Virus record (IMG/VR): IMGVR_UViG_3300048854_000126
Span: 1-64,000 of that record
Reading direction: 5' to 3' (one strand)
DNA length: 64,000 nucleotides
DNA from: a virus
The translations under genes were made by a program, and so were the position numbers. The notes beneath the pieces were generated by a model, which was not told where the DNA came from, ran no database searches, and saw nothing but the letters and a program-made list of their open reading frames with translations. Within the stretch, counting starts at the first letter, position 1, and every line of letters starts with the position of its first letter. Positions 28,801 to 36,196 of the stretch are shown piece by piece.

Positions 28801-29147
28801 GACTGTCGGCGCAAGACGGTTATTTCACGACACTGGTCAAGAGCGGCAAGCCGCGCGATCAGAAGGCGCTCACGAACGAGCAGATCAACAACTGCGGCGA
28901 GTTTCTGCGTCGCGAGCTGGAGATCCTGAAACCGCCGGTCGTCGTCACGCTGGGCAGCAACGCGGCGCGCTTCTTTGCGCCGGGCGTGAAGGGCGGTAGC
29001 GCCGAGCTCGCGGGCAAGGTGGTATTTGACCCCAAGCTCGACGCCTCGATCGTATTTGGCATCAACCCGGGACAGATTTTCCACGACCCGGGCAAGTATT
29101 CGGTTTTACAAAACGTAGCCGCGAAAGTGGCCGATCTCATCAACTAA
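25803..29147 (+). CDS. dnaE: DNA polymerase III alpha subunit with C-terminal UDG family-4-like domain
   Basis: GPGRGS, ERLDLPDADLDF, KMDILGL, GVFQFES, FNKSHS; C-terminus CEKC...RELEILKPPVVVTLG. Confidence 0.95.
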   Translation: MNIKHLLAARSDFSMGESTLQVGKLIDRAKELGYESIALVDNMTISNMVAFSDKAKKAGIKPIIGCTLRVVDDPTYRKPSKASGELELPNQLITLKVYVRNDEGMRSLMKLLSKGNSSEYFYYHSRVGLEDILQLEGCAVSTGDFYGLFHHPRYDEILYRLAQKFGDHCFVEFVPAVTPLNRTLNKRALEAAQKHGMKMIGTWPALYATPDEADSLDVLRAILGNNKMSDRWLNRPYVRDYCLKPPADVVRALVAEKLPAKQIIDGNQALVDCCTYEFKKLEPSLPKMAPDEFKALCAEVGKGWALRFAAPVLGHQPRPEDLPEYKARLAFELDTLRNMGFSGYFLLVQHIVQWAKGQGIIVGPGRGSVGGSLVAYLMGITDVDPIRFNLLFERFINPERLDLPDADLDFMSKRRHEVIDYIAEHFGRENVAGVSNYNTMGAAGVMRDTGRVHELSPLDYACSKQMEKQHGVSLGLEDSAAVVPEIDKFKGTYPQIWKHMVNLEGATRGLGQHAAGVIVAGEPIINRAVVETRTGGPVCNWDKRVVEDWGLIKMDILGLTNLDVMKLAATYIKERHGKDIDFLRLPLDDKKVMEAFGRGDTTGVFQFESPGMRRLLREMALAGTVTFDDLVAVVALYRPGPLDAGLCDDYVAIKQGSKTAYYEHPNMAPALKDTYGVIVYQEQVMQIARDLAGFTFAGADHLRKAMGKKDKEKMAEMRQKWVDGCMSHSGMTEGSANALFDKIEVFAGYAFNKSHSVEYAVISFWTMWLKVNYPAEFFAASLTEIDKEEKREPLVMDARRMNMQVLPPDINRSSARVEIVGEDKLFAPFQALKGLSEKAASYIVDARDKWGKAFANRTDFDAALKTAGYTGRHINQSVKDKLALVGAFADCEGDKQPAMHPDRLKSRIELLPGFTVDSVKADRTLNAEKLALLQLVRIAEETRACEKCSLKGGCHPMPRIGKTPKFMVVSDNPNWQEEKAGKLLEGDNAALVINALKEAGLSAQDGYFTTLVKSGKPRDQKALTNEQINNCGEFLRRELEILKPPVVVTLGSNAARFFAPGVKGGSAELAGKVVFDPKLDASIVFGINPGQIFHDPGKYSVLQNVAAKVADLIN

Positions 29148-29157
29148 AGGAACACTC

Positions 29158-29802
29158 ATGAGCACAGCAGAAACCCTGTCCGTCGCAGATATGGCCGCAA
29201 TCGTCGGCATGGATGTCAGCACGCCCGCAGTCGCCGCAGCACCGGTGGCCGCAGCACCGGCACCAGCTCCGTTGAAAACCGCCGAGCCCACCGCATCCGG
29301 CCTCAAGGTGTTCGTTGATGTGGCGCAGCTGAAGTCGGATTTGCAGGTCAACCCGAACGACCTGGACGATGCGGTCATCAGCCAGGCGCCGATGTTCGTG
29401 CATTACGCGCAGCAAGCCGCGCTCGCGCGCCGGCAGTGGGAGAAGTCCAAGCTCGCGGCCGAAGTCACCGAGTCGCAGGTGGACGCAGCGTGGCGCAAGA
29501 AATTCGCCGAAGACGGAACGAAGGTCACCGAAAAGATGGTCGAGAACGCGGTCAAGTCCGACCCGCGTGTCGTGAAGGCGAAGACCCAGGCGATCGAGGC
29601 ACGCGCGCTCTTTGACATCGCCAACGATGCGCGGGAAGCCTACATGCAGCGCAAGGATATGGTCGTTCAGATCAGCGTCGATCGCCGCCGCGAGCGCGAT
29701 GGCCAGCTGCGCATCATGGCGGCGAAAGAAGGCGAGAACGCAACGCAAAGCGCCCGCGAAGCCGCGCTCGCTGCTGAAGCCTCACGTCGTCAAGCCGCCT
29801 GA
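29158..29802 (+). CDS. UvsY-like recombination mediator
   Basis: KSDLQVNPNDLD...AVKSDPRV...AYMQR resembles T4 UvsY; next to the SSB and RecA genes. Confidence 0.6.
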   Translation: MSTAETLSVADMAAIVGMDVSTPAVAAAPVAAAPAPAPLKTAEPTASGLKVFVDVAQLKSDLQVNPNDLDDAVISQAPMFVHYAQQAALARRQWEKSKLAAEVTESQVDAAWRKKFAEDGTKVTEKMVENAVKSDPRVVKAKTQAIEARALFDIANDAREAYMQRKDMVVQISVDRRRERDGQLRIMAAKEGENATQSAREAALAAEASRRQAA

Positions 29803-29830
29803 CAGGATCTTTCAGTTTTGCGATCTGTTA

Positions 29831-29851
29831 ATAGTTACCACTGACTATAAT
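29831..29851. promoter_or_regulatory. Operator ATAGTTA-CCAC-TGACTAT overlapping TATAAT
   Basis: Copy of the recurrent motif upstream of the SSB gene. Confidence 0.75.
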
Positions 29852-29946
29852 TGATCGTGCAGGGTGAGACGTTGAACGTAGTTTTCAGCGCCTTACCAGC
29901 AAACTTTAAACACCACTTCCTACTTATTAAAACGGAAACCAAAACT

Positions 29947-30969
29947 ATGACGACTCAAAGCCTGATGGAACTGTTGCAAAAGCGCAAGGCAGCTACCGGT
30001 GGTCAAAAGACCATCAAACCGAAGGTCGGCCGCAACCGCTACCGGATTCTCCCGGGCTGGCGCAAGAACGGTGATCCGACGTTCTTCCACGACTTCGGTC
30101 AGCACTTCATTAAGGACGCAGCCGGTCAGGTGAAAGCTGTTTACATCTGCACGGACAAGACGTTCGGCCGCCCATGCTCGATCTGCGACGCAGTGGCACA
30201 GGGCATTGCGGCATCGACCGATGACGTGATGGCGAAGAAGATCAAGGACGCGGGTTCCAGCGGCCGTGTGCTGTTGAACGTCCTCGAGCTCGATGGCCCG
30301 CAAGCGGGCGTGCCGCAGATTCTCGAAGTCGCTCCGACCGTCTTCAACGGCGCGAAGGGCGTGGGCGGGATCGTGAGCTTGTTCGACGAGTGGCCCAACT
30401 TGCTCGATCCGGTGTCGGGTAACGACATCATCATCGAGAAGTCGGGCGCCGGCATGGATACGCGTTACGGCGTGTCGATCGCTGGTTCCTCGAAGCCGGT
30501 CCCGGCGGACGTGCTCACCAAGCTGTGCGACCTCGATGCCTACGTGCAGCAGGAAAACGAGCAAGCGCAATTGCGCGCGCTCTCCTCGGTTCGTGCGGTT
30601 GCTGGTCTGCCGCCCGTGTCGGGAGCTCCTGCGCTGGGTTATGCACCGGCGGCTGGCGCTGTCGCTCACCCGTATGCGTCGCAGCCTGCGCCGCAACCGT
30701 GGGAAGTCGATGAAACGCTGGACATCGGCTCGCTCGCAACGACGGGTGGCGCTGTCGCGCAACCTGCTGAAGTGGTCGAAGTGGCCGCAGCAGTCGCGCA
30801 GCCGGCAGCCGCAGCAGCAAGTGTCGCGACGGCAGCAGCAACTGTCGCAACGGCAGCAGCCTCTCCGGCAGCAGCGGTTGCTCAGCCTGCAGCAGCAGCC
30901 CAGCCCGCAGCGGCCGCTGCCACCAGCACGGGCGACCCGGAGCTCGACGCATTGCTGGCGGGCATGTAA
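29947..30969 (+). CDS. T4 gp32-like single-stranded DNA-binding protein
   Basis: RYRILP, HF, C...CSIC Zn site, DPVSGND; acidic tail DPELDALLAGM resembles gp32 DLDDLLNDL. Confidence 0.7.
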   Translation: MTTQSLMELLQKRKAATGGQKTIKPKVGRNRYRILPGWRKNGDPTFFHDFGQHFIKDAAGQVKAVYICTDKTFGRPCSICDAVAQGIAASTDDVMAKKIKDAGSSGRVLLNVLELDGPQAGVPQILEVAPTVFNGAKGVGGIVSLFDEWPNLLDPVSGNDIIIEKSGAGMDTRYGVSIAGSSKPVPADVLTKLCDLDAYVQQENEQAQLRALSSVRAVAGLPPVSGAPALGYAPAAGAVAHPYASQPAPQPWEVDETLDIGSLATTGGAVAQPAEVVEVAAAVAQPAAAAASVATAAATVATAAASPAAAVAQPAAAAQPAAAAATSTGDPELDALLAGM

Positions 30970-30989
30970 TCGAAGCCTGATGTGACTTG

Positions 30990-31022
30990 AGCGGCGGGGC
31001 TCACCCCTCGCCGCTTTTTCTT
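30990..31022 (+). terminator. Terminator/attenuator after the SSB gene
   Basis: AGCGGCG-GGG...CCC-T-CGCCGCT followed by T tract. Confidence 0.55.
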
Positions 31023-31037
31023 CAAAGGGGTTCGAAG

Positions 31038-31976
31038 GTGGCAAAGACAATTCTCATCGACGCGAACAGCGTAGGCCGCGCTTCACATGCGGCAACCAAG
31101 CTCACAGTGGGCAGATTTCAGACGCAAGCCATCTTCGGCTTCTTGCGCACGGTGGGCGCTCTCTGTCGCGATTACCCGGGCTGGCAATTGCTCGTGCTCT
31201 GGGATGGCCGCGCAGACCATCGTTACGCGATCTACCCGCAATACAAAGAAAAACGGAAGATCGCGCTGGTCGATCCGGTGAAGGCGGCTGATCGGGCAGC
31301 GTATGAGGCGCAAGTGCCCTGGATCAAGAAGGCCCTCGAACTGCTTGGCGTGCCGCAAATGGTCAACAGCGCGCTCGAAGCCGATGACTTGGCGGGTTAT
31401 CTCGTGCCGCGGTTGTCAGCAAAAGACGAAGTGCTGCTGGTCACGGGTGATTCCGACTGGCTCCAGCTCGTCAATGCGCGCACGCGCTGGTTCGACCCAC
31501 GCAAAGCCGGCATTCACGTCAACGACCAGGACTTCTTCGAAAAGACGGGCTACTTCTCGCCGCGCGAATACATCGAGGGTAAGGCGCTCATCGGGGATTC
31601 GACTGATGACATTCCGCCGGCGGGCGGCATCGGCAAAAAGGGCGCACCCGAATTCATGGCGCAGTTCCGGTCGATGGAGGCTTTTCGTGCGCAGTGTGAC
31701 TCGGGCGCTTTTGTGCCGAAGCTCAAGGCGCACATCAACTTGTGGAAGGGCGAGCCACGCCGGAATTGGGAACGGAACATGAAGCTCATGGACCTTCTCG
31801 GTCAGCCGCACCCGGACCCTACGAAGACCACGATCACCAACGGCATGCTCAATGAGCCCGCGTTTCGCGCGCTATGTGAGCGCCTCGTATTTCAGTCGAT
31901 TCTGCGTGAGTGGGATCACATTTTGAAACCGTTTCGCGAACGCTGGGCAGCGCGACAACTTCGCGCCGCAGCATAA
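31038..31976 (+). CDS. 5'-3' exonuclease (PolI N-terminal / T4 RNase H-like)
   Basis: LIDANS, WDG, YPQYK, EADD, TGDSD and GDSTDDIP motifs. Confidence 0.9.
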   Translation: MAKTILIDANSVGRASHAATKLTVGRFQTQAIFGFLRTVGALCRDYPGWQLLVLWDGRADHRYAIYPQYKEKRKIALVDPVKAADRAAYEAQVPWIKKALELLGVPQMVNSALEADDLAGYLVPRLSAKDEVLLVTGDSDWLQLVNARTRWFDPRKAGIHVNDQDFFEKTGYFSPREYIEGKALIGDSTDDIPPAGGIGKKGAPEFMAQFRSMEAFRAQCDSGAFVPKLKAHINLWKGEPRRNWERNMKLMDLLGQPHPDPTKTTITNGMLNEPAFRALCERLVFQSILREWDHILKPFRERWAARQLRAAA

Positions 31977-31996
31977 GCACACCACAGGAGAAGCAC

Positions 31997-33073
31997 ATGA
32001 GTATCGCTGACGATTTGGCAAAGGCAATGATTGCAGCAGCGGGCAAGCCGGATGAAGAGCTGGAAGTGCCGGGCTACATCGACACCGGCTACGAGCCGTT
32101 GAACAAGATGATCTCGGGCGATCCGAAGAACGGCGGTATCCCGATGGGCCGCATCATCGAAATCTTCGGCCCGTCGAGCTCGGGTAAGACGTGGCTCGCA
32201 ACCCAGATTATGCGTCGCGCACAAGAAATGGGTGGCGTCGCGCAGTTCCACGACCACGAATACACGTTCCAGCTGCCCTTTGCGGTGCGCAGCGGCCTGA
32301 ACGGGGATTACCCGTGGTTCAGCTACCGGCGCCCCGAAACGTGGGAGGAGTCGAACACGGTGGCGCTGCAAACCGCGTATGCGATTCGCCAGAGCAAGTT
32401 GCTCAAGCCGCTCGCGCCGATCGTGATCGTGTTCGACTCCGTTGCGGCCATGATCCCACGCTCGGTGCTGTATGACGCGAAGGGTAAGAAGCGCGGCTTC
32501 GATGAACTGTCGATGAACGATACGACGGCGCTCTCGCGGGTTAGCTCGACGACGCTCAAGGCGATCAACCAGCAGACCGCCGAGCTCAACGTGACGATCA
32601 TCTACTTGAACCAGATCCGCACGAAGGTCGGCGTGGTCTATGGTGATCCGACCACGACACCGGGCGGCTCGTCCTTCGAGTTTTACGCGACGACGCGCCT
32701 CGCGCTGGGCAAGAAATACATCAAGCAGAAGGTCGGCGGGGTGGATACCGTCGTCGGCCAGATGATGGGTATCGAAACGAAGAAGAACAAGCTCCAGCGT
32801 GCGCGGCAAGAAATCGACCTTCGCCTGAACTTCGAGGACGACGGCATGACGGCGGTGAACCTGACCCAATCGCTGATCGAGCACGCAATTGGCGAAGGCA
32901 AGCTCAAAAAGCTGACGACTGGCCGCGTCGAGTGGATCAACGGCAATAGCTACCCGCCCGCGCAGTTGGCTGACCTGATCGACAAGTCGGGCACGAAGCC
33001 CGCGTTGCTGCACATCCTCTATCCGGATCACTACCCGGCAGTGGCCGCGCCCGCGGTCGTTGCAGCAGCCTGA
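31997..33073 (+). CDS. recA: RecA/UvsX recombinase
   Basis: GRIIEIFGPSSSGKT, VFDSVAAM, NQIR, TTPGG. Confidence 0.9.
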   Translation: MSIADDLAKAMIAAAGKPDEELEVPGYIDTGYEPLNKMISGDPKNGGIPMGRIIEIFGPSSSGKTWLATQIMRRAQEMGGVAQFHDHEYTFQLPFAVRSGLNGDYPWFSYRRPETWEESNTVALQTAYAIRQSKLLKPLAPIVIVFDSVAAMIPRSVLYDAKGKKRGFDELSMNDTTALSRVSSTTLKAINQQTAELNVTIIYLNQIRTKVGVVYGDPTTTPGGSSFEFYATTRLALGKKYIKQKVGGVDTVVGQMMGIETKKNKLQRARQEIDLRLNFEDDGMTAVNLTQSLIEHAIGEGKLKKLTTGRVEWINGNSYPPAQLADLIDKSGTKPALLHILYPDHYPAVAAPAVVAAA

Positions 33074-33123
33074 CCCAGCGTCCTGTCTACACTGATTAGT
33101 AGATAACCAGTGAGGGCGGGGCG

Positions 33124-33483
33124 ATGGACCAACAAATCATCGATTTTGCGCCGCCGGCCGAAGGGCTCGACGGCGTTTTTGTTTTCAACACGTTCCGCGT
33201 CGGTCGCACTTGGGCGTCGAAGGTCAAGACCGACGACGAAGTGCTCCTCATGTGGGCAAAGAAGCTGCGCGTGTTCGGGCGCGCGGTGGTCGGCGAGGTG
33301 CATACGGGCAAGCTCAGGGAGCTCGCCGAGCAGCACGCGCGGTTCAACCATAACCAGACGGGCAACCCGGACACGGCGGGCGCGGCAGACCGCTTGATCG
33401 CAAACATGATGAAGCGATACGGGCCGCACATCGTTCACGAAAATAAGCTCTGCACCGTCATTTACATGAAGAGGATCGAATAA
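33124..33483 (+). CDS. Hypothetical protein, possibly ASCH/PUA-like fold
   Basis: FNTFRVG...VKTDDEV pattern; weak. Confidence 0.45.
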   Translation: MDQQIIDFAPPAEGLDGVFVFNTFRVGRTWASKVKTDDEVLLMWAKKLRVFGRAVVGEVHTGKLRELAEQHARFNHNQTGNPDTAGAADRLIANMMKRYGPHIVHENKLCTVIYMKRIE

Positions 33484-33926
33484 TGGCAGAGCTAAAGGTC
33501 AAAGACTGGAAGCCCTCGACCTGCGGCAAATACCAGGCCGCCAAGGTCAAGAAGGGCTACAACCTCTACGGAGAGATTCGCAAGTATCCGAACGGCACCA
33601 CGATTTACTGGGCGTTCCGCAAGCCTGACGAGATATTCATTGAGCTCGACGCCTGGGCGATCGACACGGAAACCATTTCCGTCATGAAGAGCCGGCGTGT
33701 CACCCACGTGGGCATCCTGGTCACCAACGGCGACACCTACCTGACGCGCATCGAGACGATGACCGACAAGGACAAAGGCGCCGTCGTCCTCAATTACAGC
33801 GCGCACAAAGGCGCTCGCGGCAAGTTCGGCGCCCGCCAGTGGTATCTCCCGCGCTCGGCATTCGCACAGCAGCTTGCACCGCCTGAAACGACCATCGAGC
33901 TTATGAAGATCCGCGGTCGGCGGTAA
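33483..33926 (+). CDS. Hypothetical protein
   Basis: TAATG coupling. Confidence 0.6.
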   Translation: MAELKVKDWKPSTCGKYQAAKVKKGYNLYGEIRKYPNGTTIYWAFRKPDEIFIELDAWAIDTETISVMKSRRVTHVGILVTNGDTYLTRIETMTDKDKGAVVLNYSAHKGARGKFGARQWYLPRSAFAQQLAPPETTIELMKIRGRR

Positions 33927-33980
33927 GTCAGCCGTTACCAATACCGTAAACTATACGGTTCTGCATTTGGGGAACTATTG

Positions 33981-34385
33981 ATGATTCTAGCCAGCGCACT
34001 TTTGTGCATGACGCTCAACGTCTACCACGAGGCCCGCGGCGAGCCCATTCTCGGGCAATACGCTGTCGCCGCTGTGACGATGAACCGTGCGGGCGATGAC
34101 CCCGCCAAGGTCTGCGAGGTGGTCACGCGCCCGCATCAGTTCAGCTGGACCGACCGGCTTCTCACGCGCAAGCGCTCGGGCTGGGTGCTCAGGGCTGCGG
34201 GCGTGCCGAAAGACGACTTCGCATGGATGGTCGCGAGCAAGGTCGCCTACAACACGCTTGCTGGGAAGATGATCGACGTCACGCACGGCTCGACCTACTA
34301 TCACACGACTGAATCCAAGCCTTGGTGGCGCAAAGCATTCGTCCGCGCAGCCGCGATAGGCAACCACATTTTTTATCGCGTGTGA
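33981..34385 (+). CDS. SleB-like cell wall hydrolase (Hydrolase_2)
   Basis: NVYHEARGE, NR, QFSW, YYH and IGNHIFY motifs. Confidence 0.9.
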   Translation: MILASALLCMTLNVYHEARGEPILGQYAVAAVTMNRAGDDPAKVCEVVTRPHQFSWTDRLLTRKRSGWVLRAAGVPKDDFAWMVASKVAYNTLAGKMIDVTHGSTYYHTTESKPWWRKAFVRAAAIGNHIFYRV

Positions 34386-34403
34386 ATAGTAAGCGATGAC
34401 TAT
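34386..34403. promoter_or_regulatory. Operator ATAGTAA-GCGA-TGACTAT
   Basis: Consensus copy overlapping TATACT. Confidence 0.75.
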
Positions 34404-34463
34404 ACTTAATCATGCAAGCTCACTTAAACGGTTTTCCCTTTTCAAACTACCAGGAGTCACCGC

Positions 34464-35027
34464 ATGAAATTCACCAAGTTCTTGTCCACGCTGTTCGTGC
34501 ACGCCGTCGTGTGGGCCGGATTGCTCTACGGGTATCACTACTTGGAAGAGGGCATTGAGAACCTTGTCGTTTTCTTGGTCGGCTTCTCCGCCATGCAGGT
34601 GCTGATCGTCAGCGCCATCAACGGCGGCCTGCGCTCGTTCGATGTGCCGTCTTCGCGGTTCGGGCGTGTCGCTTTCCACCTGTTCCAGTTTTCGCGGTTG
34701 TTCATGGTGTTTTCGCTCGCCGGACACGGGCACTTCGTCTCGGCCGCCGTGCTGATGATTCTCTTCCTTGCCCACGGTGCAGCGTATTCGCAGGTCCGGC
34801 AGTTCGAGAAGAAGCTGAAGTCGCTTTTCGAAGCCATGCACGACATGAAGGGATTCCCGGTGCCGGCTGACTTCGATGCTCCGGTTAGCGAGACGGCTGG
34901 GGCGAGCGCTAAGGCGTCGGACGAACCGAAAGCCACCACGCTCGAAGTGAAGGTCAATCCGAACGCATCGCGTGACCCTGCCTTCGGTTATGCGTTCACG
35001 AACAAGGACATCGCAGCATCGACCTGA
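34464..35027 (+). CDS. Membrane protein
   Basis: About 4 TM segments; AGGAG RBS. Confidence 0.6.
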   Translation: MKFTKFLSTLFVHAVVWAGLLYGYHYLEEGIENLVVFLVGFSAMQVLIVSAINGGLRSFDVPSSRFGRVAFHLFQFSRLFMVFSLAGHGHFVSAAVLMILFLAHGAAYSQVRQFEKKLKSLFEAMHDMKGFPVPADFDAPVSETAGASAKASDEPKATTLEVKVNPNASRDPAFGYAFTNKDIAAST

Positions 35028-35128
35028 TCGCGTCTCACCAGTAGCAGAAACAGGGGCCGAGTGCCCCTGTTCAGTATCCAACAAGTCATCAAGACAATGC
35101 TCGCATTGAGCAACCATTCGAGGGAACC

Positions 35129-36196
35129 ATGAAGCCATACGGGCTGATCTCAGACACCCATTGCCACAACTGGTCGGCATTTTCATCGACCAACGACGAC
35201 CTGACGAACACGCGCCTCATTTCGATCCTCGACGAGATCGAGCGCTGCGCCATCGAGGTCAAGAAAGCGGGCGGTGACACCATTTATCACGGGGGCGACC
35301 TGTTCCACGTGCGTGGTTCGATCGAGCCGAGCGTGTTGAACCCGACGCGTGCACGGTTCGAGAAAATCTACCGCGAGCACGGCGTGAAGTTCCGCCTTCT
35401 TCCCGGCAACCACGACCTGGAGCACAAGCACAGCAACGCGGTCGGCAATGCTGTCGAGGCGATGCGCGGCGAGTGGGTCGAGGTGAAGCACCACGCGGTA
35501 TGGCACGACGACCAGAACGTCATGCAGGTGCCCTGGATCGAGCGAGTCGAGGACTTAAAGACAAAGCTCGTCGAGCTCCGCGACGACGTGGAGCGTGACG
35601 TTACCGGCGGTGCAGCGGTGGCCGACCTCATCATCCACGCACCGATCGACGGGGTGATCGAAGGGCTGCCAGATCACGGGCTCACGGGCGAGTGGCTCGC
35701 GGACCTGGGATTCAAGCGTGTTTTCAGCGGCCACTATCACAACCACAAGGAAATCGTGCCGAACAAGGTCTGGTCGATCGGCGCGACCACGCACCAAACA
35801 TGGGGCGACGTGGGCAGCAAGGCGGGCTTTTTGATCGTCTCGCATTCGCAGGTCAAGTGGCACAGCACCCGCGCTCCCGAGTTCGTGGACATCAACGAAG
35901 TGATGGACCCGACCGAAGTCGCGCTGCGCTGCGACGGCAACTACGTCCGCGTGAAGGTGCAGAACGCCAAGCCGAGCGAGGTCAGTGCGATCCGCGACGG
36001 TCTGACGAAGCACGGCGCGCTGGGTGTGAACGTCAACGTGGTGAAGGTGGCATCGACGGGCCGCGCAACCGTGAGCACAGTGAAAGCGGGTGCATCGGTC
36101 GAGGTCCAGGTGACCGACTACATCAAGGGCGCCAGCTTCGAGCATGCCGATCTGGTCGCGCAGCAAGCAATCAACGTTCTCGCGGAGGCGCTGTAA
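35129..36196 (+). CDS. SbcD/Mre11/gp47-like metallophosphoesterase nuclease
   Basis: SDTH, GDLFH, GNHD and GHYH motifs. Confidence 0.9.
   Translation: MKPYGLISDTHCHNWSAFSSTNDDLTNTRLISILDEIERCAIEVKKAGGDTIYHGGDLFHVRGSIEPSVLNPTRARFEKIYREHGVKFRLLPGNHDLEHKHSNAVGNAVEAMRGEWVEVKHHAVWHDDQNVMQVPWIERVEDLKTKLVELRDDVERDVTGGAAVADLIIHAPIDGVIEGLPDHGLTGEWLADLGFKRVFSGHYHNHKEIVPNKVWSIGATTHQTWGDVGSKAGFLIVSHSQVKWHSTRAPEFVDINEVMDPTEVALRCDGNYVRVKVQNAKPSEVSAIRDGLTKHGALGVNVNVVKVASTGRATVSTVKAGASVEVQVTDYIKGASFEHADLVAQQAINVLAEAL

Noticed and set aside
30740-30925. GCAGCA/GTCGC repeats
   Set aside because: Explained by the Ala/Val/Pro-rich linker of the SSB coding sequence
33096-33113. TTAGTAG operator-like half-site
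   Set aside because: No matching right half-site
35022-35075. Hammerhead-like CTGA...GAAA-stem-TT
   Set aside because: The core reads CTGATCG, not CUGANGA, and stems I and II do not form. It is only a simple hairpin (AACAGGGG/CCCCTGTT).
35692-36195. N-terminal extension of SbcC in the ORF track
   Set aside because: It overlaps sbcD. The real start is the coupled ATG at 36196 with a GGAGG RBS.
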